A stretch of DNA of 63,995 nt, filler included, from Reticulomyxa filosa (Eukaryota; Protista; Foraminifera), in assembly GCA_000512085.1 (NCBI GenBank). It is 16 parts of 16 records of this genome, joined end to end, with 100 filler letters (N's around TTAATTAATTAA, not from the genome) between each part and the next. Parts side by side here need not be neighbours in the genome. Positions count along the whole stretch, not along the records: positions 39,607 to 40,659 come from ASPP01000235.1; positions 40,760 to 42,690 come from ASPP01027138.1; positions 42,791 to 45,227 come from ASPP01001894.1; positions 45,328 to 46,676 come from ASPP01028886.1; positions 46,777 to 49,571 come from ASPP01007940.1; positions 49,672 to 51,058 come from ASPP01024216.1; positions 51,159 to 55,213 come from ASPP01008237.1; 9 more parts are not named here. One strand, 5' to 3'. Below the pieces are notes generated by a model. It ran no database searches. It worked only from the letters and a program-made list of their open reading frames with translations, and was not told the origin of the DNA. Positions 39,870 to 52,670 of the stretch are shown piece by piece; positions within the stretch are counted from its first letter, which is position 1, and every line of letters begins with the position of its first letter. The translations under genes and the position numbers were made by a program.

Positions 39870-40520
39870 GCAAGATTCCAATCTTGGCACAATACATCGG
39901 AGTTATTGCTGAGATTAACATAGTCCATTTATTTATCCTTTGATAATAATGGATTTCATATGCGTTGAAGATCCAATTCAATGTAGAATGTTTGCAGATG
40001 ATGTTACGCTGTGAACATCCATTTACATCAGTGATGAAAAAGAAATGGAATAAGCCAATTAAAAAGAGTTTGAACAATGTGAGTACCAGACAAGACACAA
40101 CCTATTACATTCAAGATGAAGAACAAAAGGAAATATCCAAAGATGAAATTAAAATTAAATGAAGTATTTGGTATTATTTGTCGATCTAGCACATTAATTA
40201 CGTTTATGTATATTTGACATTCCTGTGTTCGTACAAAGGGATTTGTCCAAGTTTATTAATGTATAATTTATTGTATACTGCATCTTTGGAGTATGCGCAT
40301 TCTGGAATGGAGCACAAGAAATTAGATAGAGTTCAAAGAGTAGCAGTGCGCAAAATAATTGGTGTTATGAAATTGACAGCGTATGACACAGTAAATATAA
40401 TTTCACATTCCACCATTGGAATTACGAAGACAACAAGAAACTTTATCACAAGTGCATTCACTGGAGCAGTAAATTTTCAAATCACAATTTGGCAATTGCG
40501 TATCAATTATGGAGAAATAA
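39870..40520 (+). mobile_element. Internally deleted non-LTR retrotransposon RT remnant
   Basis: FQSWHNTSELLLRLT-stop-SIY, later SLEYA...KLDRVQRVAVRKIIGVMKLTAYDTVNIIS, which is homologous to 42791-42945. Confidence 0.7.
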
Positions 40521-40659
40521 TTTTTTTTTTTTTAGCAAGAATGAGATCTTATCCAAGTTAAAAAGGAGCATCTCGTCCCAAAAGGAACACAGTAATCTAA
40601 TGAAAACAACAAAAAAGGAAAAGATCAATAAAACATATCAAAAACTCACACAACAACAA
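40521..40659 (-). repeat. Dispersed poly(A)-tailed repeat (copy 2, cut by contig end)
   Basis: T13 followed by sequence matching 25241-25382. Confidence 0.75.
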
Positions 40660-40808
40660 NNNNNNNNNNNNNNNNNNNNNNNNNNNNNNNNNNNNNNNNN
40701 NNNTTAATTAATTAANNNNNNNNNNNNNNNNNNNNNNNNNNNNNNNNNNNNNNNNNNNNTTTTTTTTTTTTTTTTTTTTTTTTTTGGTTTTACACACAAA
40801 CTCTAAAG

Positions 40809-40900
40809 GAGGAATGGATATGTCTGAAATTATCAATTTACTTAGTAGTATGGGCATTGGCGATATCGGTGATGGTCAATTCGATTTTCGATTCCAGTAA
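40809..40900 (+). CDS. Terminal exon of an off-contig gene
   Basis: AG acceptor then GGMDMSEIINLLSSMGIGDIGDGQFDFRFQ-TAA; the G/F-rich tail is reminiscent of J-domain co-chaperone C-termini but is not diagnostic. Confidence 0.4.
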
Positions 40901-41556
40901 TTCACTCCTACTCCCTCAACCAACACACCTTTTTCGAAAAATGAACACAAAGAGCGGAAGGGAGTTTTTTTCTTCCAGCAGCTTCAAAATAGAGACGTTT
41001 TGTTTGTTTGTGTGAAATTCAAACTATCTACTTTGGAATTGCTTTTTTTTTTTTTTTTTTTTCGTTTATTCTTCCTACATTTAGCCAGAGCTTCAAGGCC
41101 TTTCGTTTTTTTTTTTTTTTAAGCTCATATCCCATATTGATTGTTACTATACCTGCTTATCAAAGACTCTTGCTTCAATCATTTTTCTTGCAAAACGTAC
41201 GCACAATTTACCAATTAAAATTAGAGAGAAGAAATTTTCTATTTTTTTTTCTGTGCGTTTCATGAAAAAACCTTGAGTTCATACATGCGAGAGTTGAAAA
41301 TTTTGTTAACAATGAAACATAAGCAGCTGATGATAGGTCTTTTTTTTTGAAAAATCACTTTGGGATTGGTTCATAGTGTTTTTAACAGTGCAAACTGGGT
41401 CAAAACTTTTGATAAGCATTGTTTTGATTTTTTAAGGAGAGTTACTGTGAACAAAAAATTAACCAACATGAGAAAAACAAAGTTATTCTAAGAATACTCT
41501 ATTACTAATTACAAAGGATTAACTTGACTGCAAAAAAAAAAAGAAAGTGTATTAAA

Positions 41557-42630
41557 CTATTTGAAAGTATGGTTTTGTTGAGGTTGTCGTGGTAGTGGCA
41601 AATCAACAGGCTCCCAAAGTCCTTGAGGATGTACTAATAAAGGGGGATAGTCGGAGTGGCTATGATTGGCGAGAGTGAAGAGGTATTTGATAACGATTCG
41701 TTGCTGTTCAAACAGTACTAAGCCAAGTTGATACAAGAGCATATCCCAATGGTTATATTTCAAGATGACATCAATGACCTGTTTGGAAGGTTTTTCCTTG
41801 GGTTTTTTTCGATTTTCGTTGATTTTTTTATGCTTTGGAGGATGGAATCGTAGATTGTATAGATTGTTCAATAAGTGCGACATTTGAGCCAGGGACTCCT
41901 CATAGCGTTCGGTAATTCCAACAAAGCCCATCATGAGCAAGTTTTTCCGGCCAATCAAAAACTGGGTTTTGGACACTACATGTTTGGGGTCAGGGACTCC
42001 TTTGGGCCTTCCGATAAGCATTGGGATCGTCGGATCCTTTTCGTTGTAGAACGCTTTTTCATGAGCGCCAGATATATGAGCCACCATGCAGTCTTTTCCA
42101 TCTTCAAAAAAAGGCACCCATTCGGTTATGTCACGATTTAGAGTCCAACGATGATTTGGATCTTCTATTTATATATACAAATATATTTATATACAAATAT
42201 ATGTATGTTTATGATATATTTATTACTATGATTTTTTTTTTTTTTTTTTTGTGCATGAACTCGTAACGGCGATTGTGCTTATGAAACCAATAATGAGACC
42301 AAACTCGATGAACGGGGTTTCGAAGCAATGTGGCGTAAGTGTAATTGACGCGGTTGACCCAAGTGACACTAGACGACCTGTCACTGTTCGTAGTGTTACC
42401 CTCGGCTTTCCTCTTCGTCTGCTGCTCGCGCTCTTTATGCGTCAAAAACAGTTTGTGAAAGCCGTAGGGCAAGTGTCCAAAGAGCATTTGCAGCTTCTTT
42501 CGACTGCTTTGCAAAATCGCCGGCCGCAATCCGTTCGGATGGAACAACTGCTGATACGACCCCGGCCCTCCACGATAATAGCGCGACAGCACATCCCCAA
42601 GTGTCGATCCACCCACTTTGGGGATCTTTC
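41557..42630 (-). CDS. Golgi-type sulfotransferase (Sulfotransfer_2 / Gal-3-O-sulfotransferase-like), 5'-partial
   Basis: 5'-PSB loop KIPKVGGSTL, GHLPYGFH, 3'-PB motif LLRNPVHRVWSHY, FVGITERYEESL, NHWDMLLY; intron ~42165-42265. Confidence 0.85.
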
Positions 42631-42790
42631 CAATACACGTAAACATTTATGAGCCCCCCCCCCTCAGAGATCATTCACAACAACGCAATANNNNNNNNNN
42701 NNNNNNNNNNNNNNNNNNNNNNNNNNNNNNNNNNTTAATTAATTAANNNNNNNNNNNNNNNNNNNNNNNNNNNNNNNNNNNNNNNNNNNN

Positions 42791-43490
42791 CCATCATCCG
42801 CCCGAGTCTCGAGTATGCATCTGCATTTTTGAATGGTGCAGCAGACACCATAAGAGGCGATTAGAAAGGATACAAAGGATTTCAATGTATCGAATTCTTG
42901 GTGTAATGAACCAGACTGCTTATGGCACTGTCAATGTAATCTCCCAATAATTGTATCAGATGGTCAGGTCGACTCAATGGCATACAAGATTTGGAATGAA
43001 TCGAGACCAAAGACATCTTTGAATTATATCTCATTGACTGGTAAATTGTCAACATTATCTCGTGGATGTATCCATGCGGCTGATGCTGGAATACCGACAG
43101 TTGAACCAGATTCCCATGCAATCCCAAATTTTCCACCGATACCACAATCTAACAAATCACCATTACAATCTTCAATGAGCCGACATCATATTAGATTCTG
43201 GTATCGTTGGGCAATGATTGCATTATATATTTTGCGACGGAAGCACAATAAACATTGGATCATAGATCGAAGCAATGAGACTTGCATTGGAATATGTTTG
43301 TAATCATTACAGATTCCATTGTGGAAGGTTGGTTATCCTGACTGATTGTAAGCTCGTGATCAACGCTTTATTCAATAAATAGTATTCTGATATCTATAAA
43401 TTACCAATTATGGATTGTCAGAAGATATTGAAATCATTTAATGAGAATAACGTACCAGAATCTATTATTTTGGAATACCTGGATCTTGTT
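42791..43490 (+). mobile_element. Non-LTR retrotransposon remnant: RT C-terminus plus RNase H
   Basis: IIRPSLEYASAFLNGAADT/KRRLERIQRISMYRILGVMNQTAYGTVNVIS; downstream VILTDCKLVINAL...LPIMDCQKILK...FWIPG (RNase H-like motifs); stops and frameshifts present. Confidence 0.75.
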
Positions 43491-44189
43491 ATAAATAATG
43501 CTCGCAGGAAAGCGTTGCAATTGCAACCAGATTTGAATCAATAACAGCATTCCTGAATAATCATGGATTGTATTTGGTGTGAAGAAGAAGAGACTGTTGA
43601 GCATTTCCTGATATAATGTTTGAAATATCAAGACTTACGTTGCAATTGGTGGACAAATGTCCAGACATTGCTTCCAGATATCCCTGTCGATGAAATATTT
43701 CATTCGAACGTGGAAACCAGACATTATGATCAAGGTAGCAGCCAAGTTTGTAATCGATACCAAGAGAAAGATTTGAATAATTTCGAGTTTTTCAGGACAA
43801 TCTAAATCGATTACTACTGTGTTCTATTTCTTAGAACGAAGTGCTCTTTTAACTTGAAAGACCTGAGTTTGTGCAGGTAGAGTTGAGTATGAAGCGATAG
43901 AGTATTCCGACACTTGAAAAAAAAATAATCCGATGTTTGTCTTGAATATCAAGTCCTGCAATGATTTTACAATGTTCAAAATAACCAACTTATACTAGTA
44001 AAAAAGTTTCTTTTTGTTAGTTTCTTCGCTTTCTTTACTTTTGCAAAATTTCTAGTTTCGTAATCTCTAGTCTCATTTTTCCAAAATACTTTCAAAAGCA
44101 CTTAAATATCGAAGTATCTTGCCAACTTTTTTGACAAAAATTAATTATATCAAATGTGTTAAAGAATGGTGGCAATGCAATAATTGAAC

Positions 44190-44760
44190 AATTGGTATCC
44201 CTATTTGAATGGAAGAATGCAACATTGTGAATAAAACTAATTCAGATTTGATGAAATTCAATACTGGGGTCTGCTTTGTCACCGATATTGCACATTAATA
44301 ATTCATTAACCCGTTCATTGGAATATTTGCTGATGACGTAGCACTTCACATCGATATTTACAGATGATATTGATGAAATGAATGATCAATTGCAATTATT
44401 GCAGCAAAGTCTGATGAAGTATCCTTGGAGATGTTACTTGCAGCTGATAAGACCCAGTGCATCATAAGAGTAAATTTCCAAAGATTCAATTGACATTGCA
44501 ACATTCAAACCTGAAGTAATGCAATCATGTGAAGTATCTTGGATTGTTTCTTGATTTCGCATTCAATAAACTAATGGCATTACAACAAAATTGAATCAGA
44601 ATGAAACTATGTGAGTAATCATTATAGATCACTGATTGCAAATTCGTGATCAACTCGATATTCAACAAAGAATTCTGACATCTATGAATTGCCAATTATT
44701 GATTGTCAGAGATATTGAGACATTGAATTTGTGAATGTATTGATATTTCAAAACATAAAA
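44190..44760 (+). mobile_element. Second LINE remnant: RT core fused by deletion to RNase H piece
   Basis: YLNGRMQ, GSALSPIL, catalytic IGIFADDVAL, VKYLGLFLD; 44615-44725 repeats 43300-43440. Confidence 0.75.
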
Positions 44761-44929
44761 TGCCACAATATAATCTGATGGAGGCTCAAGATTGTATTGC
44801 ATTCATTGACATTTAGTGAACGCAAGATCATTTATTGGTTGAATATCCAAAGATCATAATCTCCTGATTGTATTTGATTTAAAGAAAAAGAGCCCCATTG
44901 CAACTCATCTAAAAAAACATTTCAAAATG

Positions 44930-45130
44930 TCGACGCATACTCGAGCCTAGGACGAATGATTGTCTTATATATATTATACTTGTGTAAACTTAGTCTGGCA
45001 CCCTTGTATAAATGATTCTGATGTCTGAATGTGATGCATTGCGTCTTATCAGCTGCAAATAACATCTTCCATTTGTTCGACCAAATGGAACCTCATCCAA
45101 ACTTTGCTGCAATAATTGCAATTGATCAAT
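44930..45130 (-). mobile_element. Third LINE remnant in inverted orientation
   Basis: Minus strand gives YKTIIRPRLEYAS; ~45035-45130 is the approximate reverse complement of 44384-44463. Confidence 0.7.
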
Positions 45131-45334
45131 ATTATCTTTACAACTTCCAAGTCGATCTGATAATGAGCTGTCAATCCATCAATATGATCTTCCATCTAAT
45201 TTAGATTCATTCTTCATTTTATATCTCNNNNNNNNNNNNNNNNNNNNNNNNNNNNNNNNNNNNNNNNNNNNTTAATTAATTAANNNNNNNNNNNNNNNNN
45301 NNNNNNNNNNNNNNNNNNNNNNNNNNNTATATAT

Positions 45335-45470
45335 TTGCCATTGTTTGTTTTAAAGAAGCACTTTTGAAAGTCCGTAAAAAAAAAGTATGATAATCCCTTG
45401 TACCTCTTGAGCTGCGTACCTCATCTCCGAGCCACTTGTGTGCCAAAATCTCACTAATAATCAATTGATT
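45335..45470 (-). pseudogene. Possible protein-kinase C-lobe/junction fragment (CDPK/CaMK-like)
   Basis: ISEILAHKWL (subdomain XI-like) followed by FLRTFKSASLKQ; no intact upstream kinase motifs found. Confidence 0.3.
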
Positions 45471-46776
45471 CTTTACTCATTTTTCATATGGTTCTTTTAA
45501 TTGCACAGATCTTCCTGCTTGTGAGCAAATAATCACAATACAAATGGTCTTTTTAAAAAAAGTTTGACTCGAACAAAGGGCATCACGCCTTAAAAACAGC
45601 TGAAACGTTCTGTCTTTTTGTTTTTCTATCTCTACATGTATATGAAATAAATATTAAGTCAAAAATTGAAAAGGAGTGCCAGTTTCATTTGAATTACCTT
45701 TTAACAAAGAAAAGACCGGTCATTCACATGCATATATCATTATCTCCATTTAGAAACCAAACACATGATGAACATTATTAATACTTTGCGTGCAGTATAT
45801 TTGTAATAATATGAATACAGGTCAATACATATAGAGAACTACTTAAATGGGTTTTTATTTCGTTAAAAATATGTTCACAAAGCATTAACATAATAAAGTG
45901 GATATATTCTTTGAAATTGTTGGAGGATTTACAAATTTATATAACACAGTGATTATCATTTCGATTCATATCTTCCCCTTCAACTAAGCTTAGTCACACC
46001 AACAACAATCTCATCCAAAATTTATAACACATCGACACATGATACCAACTTTATCAGCGATCTACAACACGTTTTAATTGCCACTTATCAATGGCATCGG
46101 CAATAGAAATACTAATATTGTAATTAGCACTTAAACAATAAGTATATGTATATATGTCAGTGCTTACATACGAAAATGATACATTATGAAATTATCAATT
46201 TTATGCGAAAGTTAATTTTTTAAAATTGTTCTAATAAAGTTAAACATTTTCATAGCATTAAAATGTTTGCTATTGATAAAATTGTGAGAATATTTTGAAA
46301 CAAAACGTTGCGAAGTCGAAAAGTGTTAGTTTTGTGTTTTTTTTTGTCGTAACATAAATCGAGAGCAACGATAAGAAACAGTTTTTTTAAAAAATGATTG
46401 CTTTGCAACAAAGAAAAAGGATCCAAAGTTTCCAAGAAAACTTTACCTTATTATGTTAGAATAAGTTTGAAAAGAAATTTACAACCTAAGTTTGTGTAGG
46501 TTCCCTTTTCTAACAAAATCATCAAAAAATATGCCAAGGAAAATTCTCAACTTTGGTAGTTTTTACATTTTTATAAAATGTGACAATTTTGAGCTTCTTT
46601 AAAAAGAATTAAAACCATTGCAAATCACACAAATTGGAAAAATTTAAAAACAGAACTGGAACTTTTTACACCCAAGNNNNNNNNNNNNNNNNNNNNNNNN
46701 NNNNNNNNNNNNNNNNNNNNTTAATTAATTAANNNNNNNNNNNNNNNNNNNNNNNNNNNNNNNNNNNNNNNNNNNN

Positions 46777-49530
46777 GTTGTTGTTGTTGTTGTTGCTGTT
46801 GACGTTGGTGTTGATGTTAATGCTGATGCTGGTGTTACTGTTACTGTTGTAAGTTCGTTGGTTGGTTTAGTAGGCCGATTGGACTCAGTGGATCCAATAG
46901 ATCCAGTAGATTCATTGGAGTCCTTCAACAAAAAGATCTCGTCCGTCTCCTTGTTTCGTAGGTGTTTCAACATAAAGATAATTGCTTTGGTAATTGATGA
47001 TAAAAACCTTGGATAATGTCGAAGCAGTTCGTCAATTTTCTTTGCAAACTCCACACTCGTTTCGCCGAGCAATGTTTTGGCGTAGTTAGGGTTGCTGAAA
47101 CAACAGATCAAACAGCCAACAACTCCACTCTCGTATACCAATTGTTGTGCTGGTTGATGCAAGCACACTGTGCGAATTGCTTCTACTGCGACTGTGAACA
47201 TTTGAGGTCGATTCGGTACTCCTTTCTTTATTTTTGTTTATTTTGCATTGTCACGCAAAGGTTTTTTATTTGTGACATACCAACAAAAAAAAAAAATTAA
47301 ATATATATATATATATATGTAACTTTGATGATGGAATCGACAAACACTTGCGTTAAACCAAATTCATGAAACATCTTTGGCACGCCACTTGCGACACCAT
47401 TTTGGATGCAATGGCAGATCAATCGACACAATCGAATATAAACGTCATCTCCAAAGTTTTCCGTTGGTATGGGGACTACGGGAAGTACCGCATATTTTTT
47501 ATCGGAGCGTTTTTTTTTTTGCAGAGTTGGGATTGGGGTTAGTTGGTGATATCGTCGTGTCTGCACTTGTAGTTGCTGTCGTGATCGTGGGTTGTCATTG
47601 CAATTTCTGGAGTAGCACCAATGTCACTCTCTGCGACTGTAACATCTCCTTCTGTTTTCTTATCGTCTTGGGCTTCTTCTTTCACGTTGACAAGTTCCTT
47701 GTTCGCTGTGTTGCTATATTTGTCACATGTATTTGTTTTTTTTTTTGTTTTGTTTTTTTTATTCATTTATTTATTTTGTGTATTTGCTAATGTAATGCGC
47801 ATGAATACATAAACACAAGTGCAAAGACATACTCCTCATAGCATTTGTTAATTAGTTCACTAATGAGTTGGGCAAGTTTGGGATCTCGTAAGCTTGGAAT
47901 GGGCTGTTGATGAAGTTGGATCGTTTGTGAGGCCGTCGACAAGCAAGCGCAGGTCAGATTTTTCAGTGAATAACCCGACACTGTTGTATTCATGTACACA
48001 AATAATAACACCTAAGATAGTTCAATTATCCTTAAAAAAAAAAAAAAAAAAAACGTAGGAGTGCTAAGAAATGAGATAATAACGAAAAGCTCGGAAAAGA
48101 CAATGACTCTGATTCCATATTTCAAAGGCATTGGGTTGAAAAGTGATTTTTTGAATTAGTTTAAACACAGTTTCTAATCCGTTGAATTTGATAAAAGACT
48201 GTGGCCTTTTTGCATGGTAATAATGACCTCCAACAATTGCACTGTCTCTGTCAATACACCAATATTTGTTATCTTTTCATTGGCGATTATTTGTAACAGT
48301 TGTGATATTAAACCGTTCCAGTCCATCAATGACCAATTTCCCACTGAACATGTATATGTGTATGTGTAAATTTTTTTTTTTTTTTTTTGGATTGGTCGTG
48401 TACGTGTGAGCAAGTAATAATGTAAATGTATAAACGAAACATGAAGCAGTGCCACGACTGTGATTGATTGCATAATGAACAAAGTTCAAAAAATGAGGAG
48501 CTAATAACAATGTGTTTGGTTCTTTTGCATCACTTTCCAATTCGCCGATCAAACGTCGAATGGTGATTGCAACAAATGAATTTTCACCCCAAATTTCGTG
48601 CGACGAACTTAACAAAAAGGACTGTTTGGTTTTAAAAGCCCATTTCACATTGTCACGTCCCATGAATGAAGATGGCATAGTAGAGATAGCAGAGATTAGC
48701 AGAGATAGTACATACAACACACAGCATACAACATACAAGATACATGCATACACACACACGCATATGCATATATATATATACATATATATACATATATATA
48801 CATATATATACATATATATACATATACATTTATATACATATATATTATACAAAGTACATTCTTCCTCCTCATCTCTTAAAAGTGCACATACAGTCAGCGC
48901 TTTCAGTAGTAATACCGCCAATACTTTGTGTTCAATTGGTATTTCTTGATAATTGGCCATCTTTTCAATCGCTGTGGGTGGTTGGACCATTTCCACAAAC
49001 TCTCTCCAAAGATCACTAATTTCGATTTCGTTGCTCAACTCAGTCCACAATCGCTATTGATTTGGATAATAACAAGAGAAAGAGCTTAGAGATAGAGAGT
49101 GAGGAGGAGTGTCACATTTGAACATACAAATAGGTATACTACAAAGAGAGTTTGTTTGTGGCAAAATGTAACTCCTCCATCCGCAGAAACAAAAGTGGCT
49201 ACCACAAGCAAAGCACGCAATCTCAAACCGACAAATTGCCTCCGATATTCGATATTATGTCCAAATGCGGCCAAATACATTCGCCAACGAAGAGACAACT
49301 CTTTCCTATTTTTTTGGTTTTGTTTTCCCTCTTTTTTTTTTTTTTTTTGTATATAACATTAATATATGTATATGTATATGTATAATATATCATATTGGTT
49401 TAATCTCAGCCAACGACTCAACTCCGGTGACAAAGTAAACTGCTGCTGAATTTCATTGGTGATGGCTCTTACTGAGGAGCGCACTTGATTGGCATCAAAC
49501 AATGGGTGCGAAAACAGATCAAATGATAAG
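46777..49530 (-). CDS. HUWE1/Tom1/UPL1-like HECT E3 ligase, N-terminal armadillo (DUF908/DUF913) region, internal fragment
   Basis: YRRQFVGLRLRALLVV and AIRTVCLHQ...CFSNPNYAKTLLGETSVEFAKKIDELLRHYPRF, which resemble the conserved DELMRHQP motif; multiple introns; both ends off-contig. Confidence 0.7.
48745..48850. repeat. Intronic (CA)n/(TA)n/TACATA microsatellite
   Basis: Directly visible; generates spurious Y/I/H-rich ORFs. Confidence 0.9.
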
Positions 49531-49571
<41 letters not shown>

Positions 49572-49689
49572 NNNNNNNNNNNNNNNNNNNNNNNNNNNNN
49601 NNNNNNNNNNNNNNNTTAATTAATTAANNNNNNNNNNNNNNNNNNNNNNNNNNNNNNNNNNNNNNNNNNNNCAAAGGTGATCACACTTG

Positions 49690-50990
49690 ATCAAGTACAC
49701 GTTCATACAAGGCAAAGTTTTTGTGTTAACAAATAAAACAAAATCCCAAGCCACATGAATTTGTCTTTTTCATTAGAGAAATAAGCAGGACTCATTACTA
49801 TTTAAATTTTTTTAAAAAACAACGTATACTTTCTATATATTATATGTTATACATATTTAAAAAAAAGACTTGATGTACTGCGTGCTGTCCATCGGTGTGC
49901 GGGTGCAGGAATTTGCAACTCTTGAATGTGGTGCAACAAATCGAGAACGGTAAGGGCGTTATTTTGATTGTGAGGGAAGCATATTTTGTAAACAAATTGC
50001 TGCACACACCCAAATCCAGTGATGTCATCGCTCCACGCGACATTGTCGCCCTCTGTCAAGTGGGCCTGTTCTCTTCGCTTCCAATAGAACAGCTCGCATT
50101 GGTTCAAGTCGCGAATGAACGAGCCGACAAGTCCATGGAAGGTTTGCAGTTGTTCCAGCTGTTGTTTGCTGATGAGCTTGCAGCAACGATTCATCGGCCG
50201 TCTTCTTCGTCAGCTCTTTGTGCGAATAGACGCACACTTCTTCATTCAGCTTGTGACTATTACGCATTGCAAGGTCATTTGATCCACTACGCCCAACTAT
50301 CGATTGAATGTTCTCCAATGTTATTCCATACGGACATACAACCACTTTGCACTTCACTTGCAGATTCTTCGCATCGATTATAACACCGATCAATCTTATG
50401 TAAATTTATCATCCTCTTTTTTTTGTTTTGAAAAAGGGACAACAAAAAAAAAAAATAGTATAAGTCGTTTTGAATTTTTTTCTCACAAGGTTCAAAAAAT
50501 TTGAATATTTTTTTGTTTTCTAATAATGTCTTTCTTTTTTTTCCCCCTTTTTATATACCTTTTTTTTGTAAAAATAGATACCTTCGTTAGACAAGCCGAT
50601 CACATTTGGAGACAACCTACTTCCGACAAGTCTTATTTTCAATTTGTTGTCGTGATAGTATTGTATGATTGCTTTTAGTTCTTCCAAATTTTGTGGCTCA
50701 AAATAGTTATTTGTTTGGCGAAAACACGTATTGGCATAATTCACTATCAACGCCACTTTTCGCAGATCCAACACATCAACTACTTGTTTGTCTTGCGCGT
50801 CCTATAAGTAGTGTTGTTGATATATATACACATTGTGTCCAATCGTCGTTGCACTAAAAGCAAGAAAGGCATAGATAAAGCACGAACGAGTGCCTTCATT
50901 CACTATTACTGTTATCTGTGTTGTTGAAGCTCTTCCTTTGGTTGTATAGCATGCTTCCCGGAAATGTTGAAAATGCGATTCAATTTTTGC
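49690..50990 (-). pseudogene. GLDH: L-galactono-1,4-lactone dehydrogenase (GLDH) pseudogene
   Basis: FEPQNLEEL, KIRLVGSRLSPNVIGLSNEG|MINL, YGITLENIQSI, LGVVDQMTLQCV, ELFYWKR, VAWSDDITGFGC-QQFV, IPAPA-HRWTARSTS; in-frame TAG at 50804-50802, frameshifts and internal deletions. Confidence 0.8.
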
Positions 50991-51158
50991 GTCAATAATG
51001 TTTTTTTCTTTTTATTCAAAAAAAATTTATAAAAAAACCCCTGTCCGTAGTCGTTTTANNNNNNNNNNNNNNNNNNNNNNNNNNNNNNNNNNNNNNNNNN
51101 NNTTAATTAATTAANNNNNNNNNNNNNNNNNNNNNNNNNNNNNNNNNNNNNNNNNNNN

Positions 51159-52670
51159 AAGAAGAAGAAGAAGAAGAGGCAACAGTAAAGGTATCTTCAT
51201 CACGTGACAACGAGAATAGCAAAGATGCCGACGATGCGGAAGAAGAAGAAGAAGAAATGAATGGACCCTCCAATGCTCGGCCTCTGACGATAATCAACGT
51301 ACTCGAATTGTCAGGCTACGTTGCATTGTGGTTGATAACCTTGGGCATTGTAATTGGATACTTTGCATTGCAGTCATTTCCGGATAATAATACCCTAAAT
51401 ATAAACGGAGGCAAAATCATAACATTGGAGAAAAGTCTGTCATTTGTGCTGGTACTCCACAACTCGTTCATCGCCCCAAAGATGGGCACTTTGATTATTT
51501 CGCTTGGCTTACGTTACGGTTGTTCGCACTGGACCCACGACCGCTGTCCAGATGCAAGACAACGCGAGCTGTTGCAAATACGCGTGTCCAGTATCTTCAT
51601 TTTGTGTTTGCGGACGGCTATGTGCATCGTTATTCCGATCATTGTGGCCACCTATTTTTATGACAGCTGTGGACGCGGATGGGTTAATTTCTGGGAGTTG
51701 TGCGCGGACACCAAGCCGCAGGACGTTGCCGTCAATTACAAATTTGCGTTTTTTGACGAGATCAACGCTGTCACGTACTCATATTCCCCAAACTATTATC
51801 TGCCCATTTCTAAACGAGGTACCTCCACTGTCGATTATCAAGTCCCATTGATGACTTGGAGTGACATTTGCCATCGGGGATTTCATCATCAATTTCAATA
51901 TAGTATGTGTGTACGTGTTTGTTCCACACTTTTTTTTTTCCCCCCCCCCCCCCCTTAATTCTTGCTCCACCAAAAAAAAAAAAAAAGTTCTTGCACTCGT
52001 GAAATACTCGAAAAATGGTGCAACGTAATTGTGGTGAAAATGCTAATAAATATCTTTATGCCTTGGCTCGAATTGCTTGCGAGGAAAATCAGATCTCATA
52101 AGTTTGTGCAACGCTTTGCGACATATGTGCAAAATTCCTTGAAATCATGCTGCTCTTGTTGCTGTAATGATGCGAGCAATAAAGGAAGTGAAACTCCGCC
52201 AGAGGAGGCTCCGAAAAAAACAAGATGTAAATGCCGCAAGTGTCATATCAAATTTGGAGCTTACCGTGTTGCTAGGGCTATTCGCGCCATTACTCATCCC
52301 TTTGAGCATCTTGACTCTGGTTTCGAATGATCTCAAATTCAAGTACGTGCTGAGTCAAAATAAAAATAACAAACTGTCAATCAACAACCCTCCTTTTCCT
52401 GTCGCTTTTTTGCTGTTTCCATATATTTTGCAGCAGCTCATTTGGATCTTATTGGTCACTAACAACACTACTGTCTTTTCTCAACAACATGACACTTTCT
52501 CTCGCGTTATCATTTATGGATTTGCTGTCATGGACTCTTTATTTTTCATTTTCGTCCTTGTACGCTCCATTTCGTCCAAGTGCGCTGGTCAGTCCAGGAC
52601 TGATCAGCATTACACTAGTTTGAGAAAAGATTACTCACAATCTCTTTTAAGGCATCAAGAATCACTTTGA
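51159..52670 (+). CDS. Multi-pass membrane protein, C-terminal part
   Basis: About 7 hydrophobic segments across ORFs 51257-51958, 51962-52330 and 52167-52670; one intron and one probable homopolymer frameshift; family not recognised. Confidence 0.6.

Noticed and set aside
48512-49019. Plus-strand ORFs rich in Y/I/H, and many short antisense ORFs elsewhere (e.g. poly-Cys at 62321-62698)
   Set aside because: Translations of microsatellites or shadows of real genes on the opposite strand.
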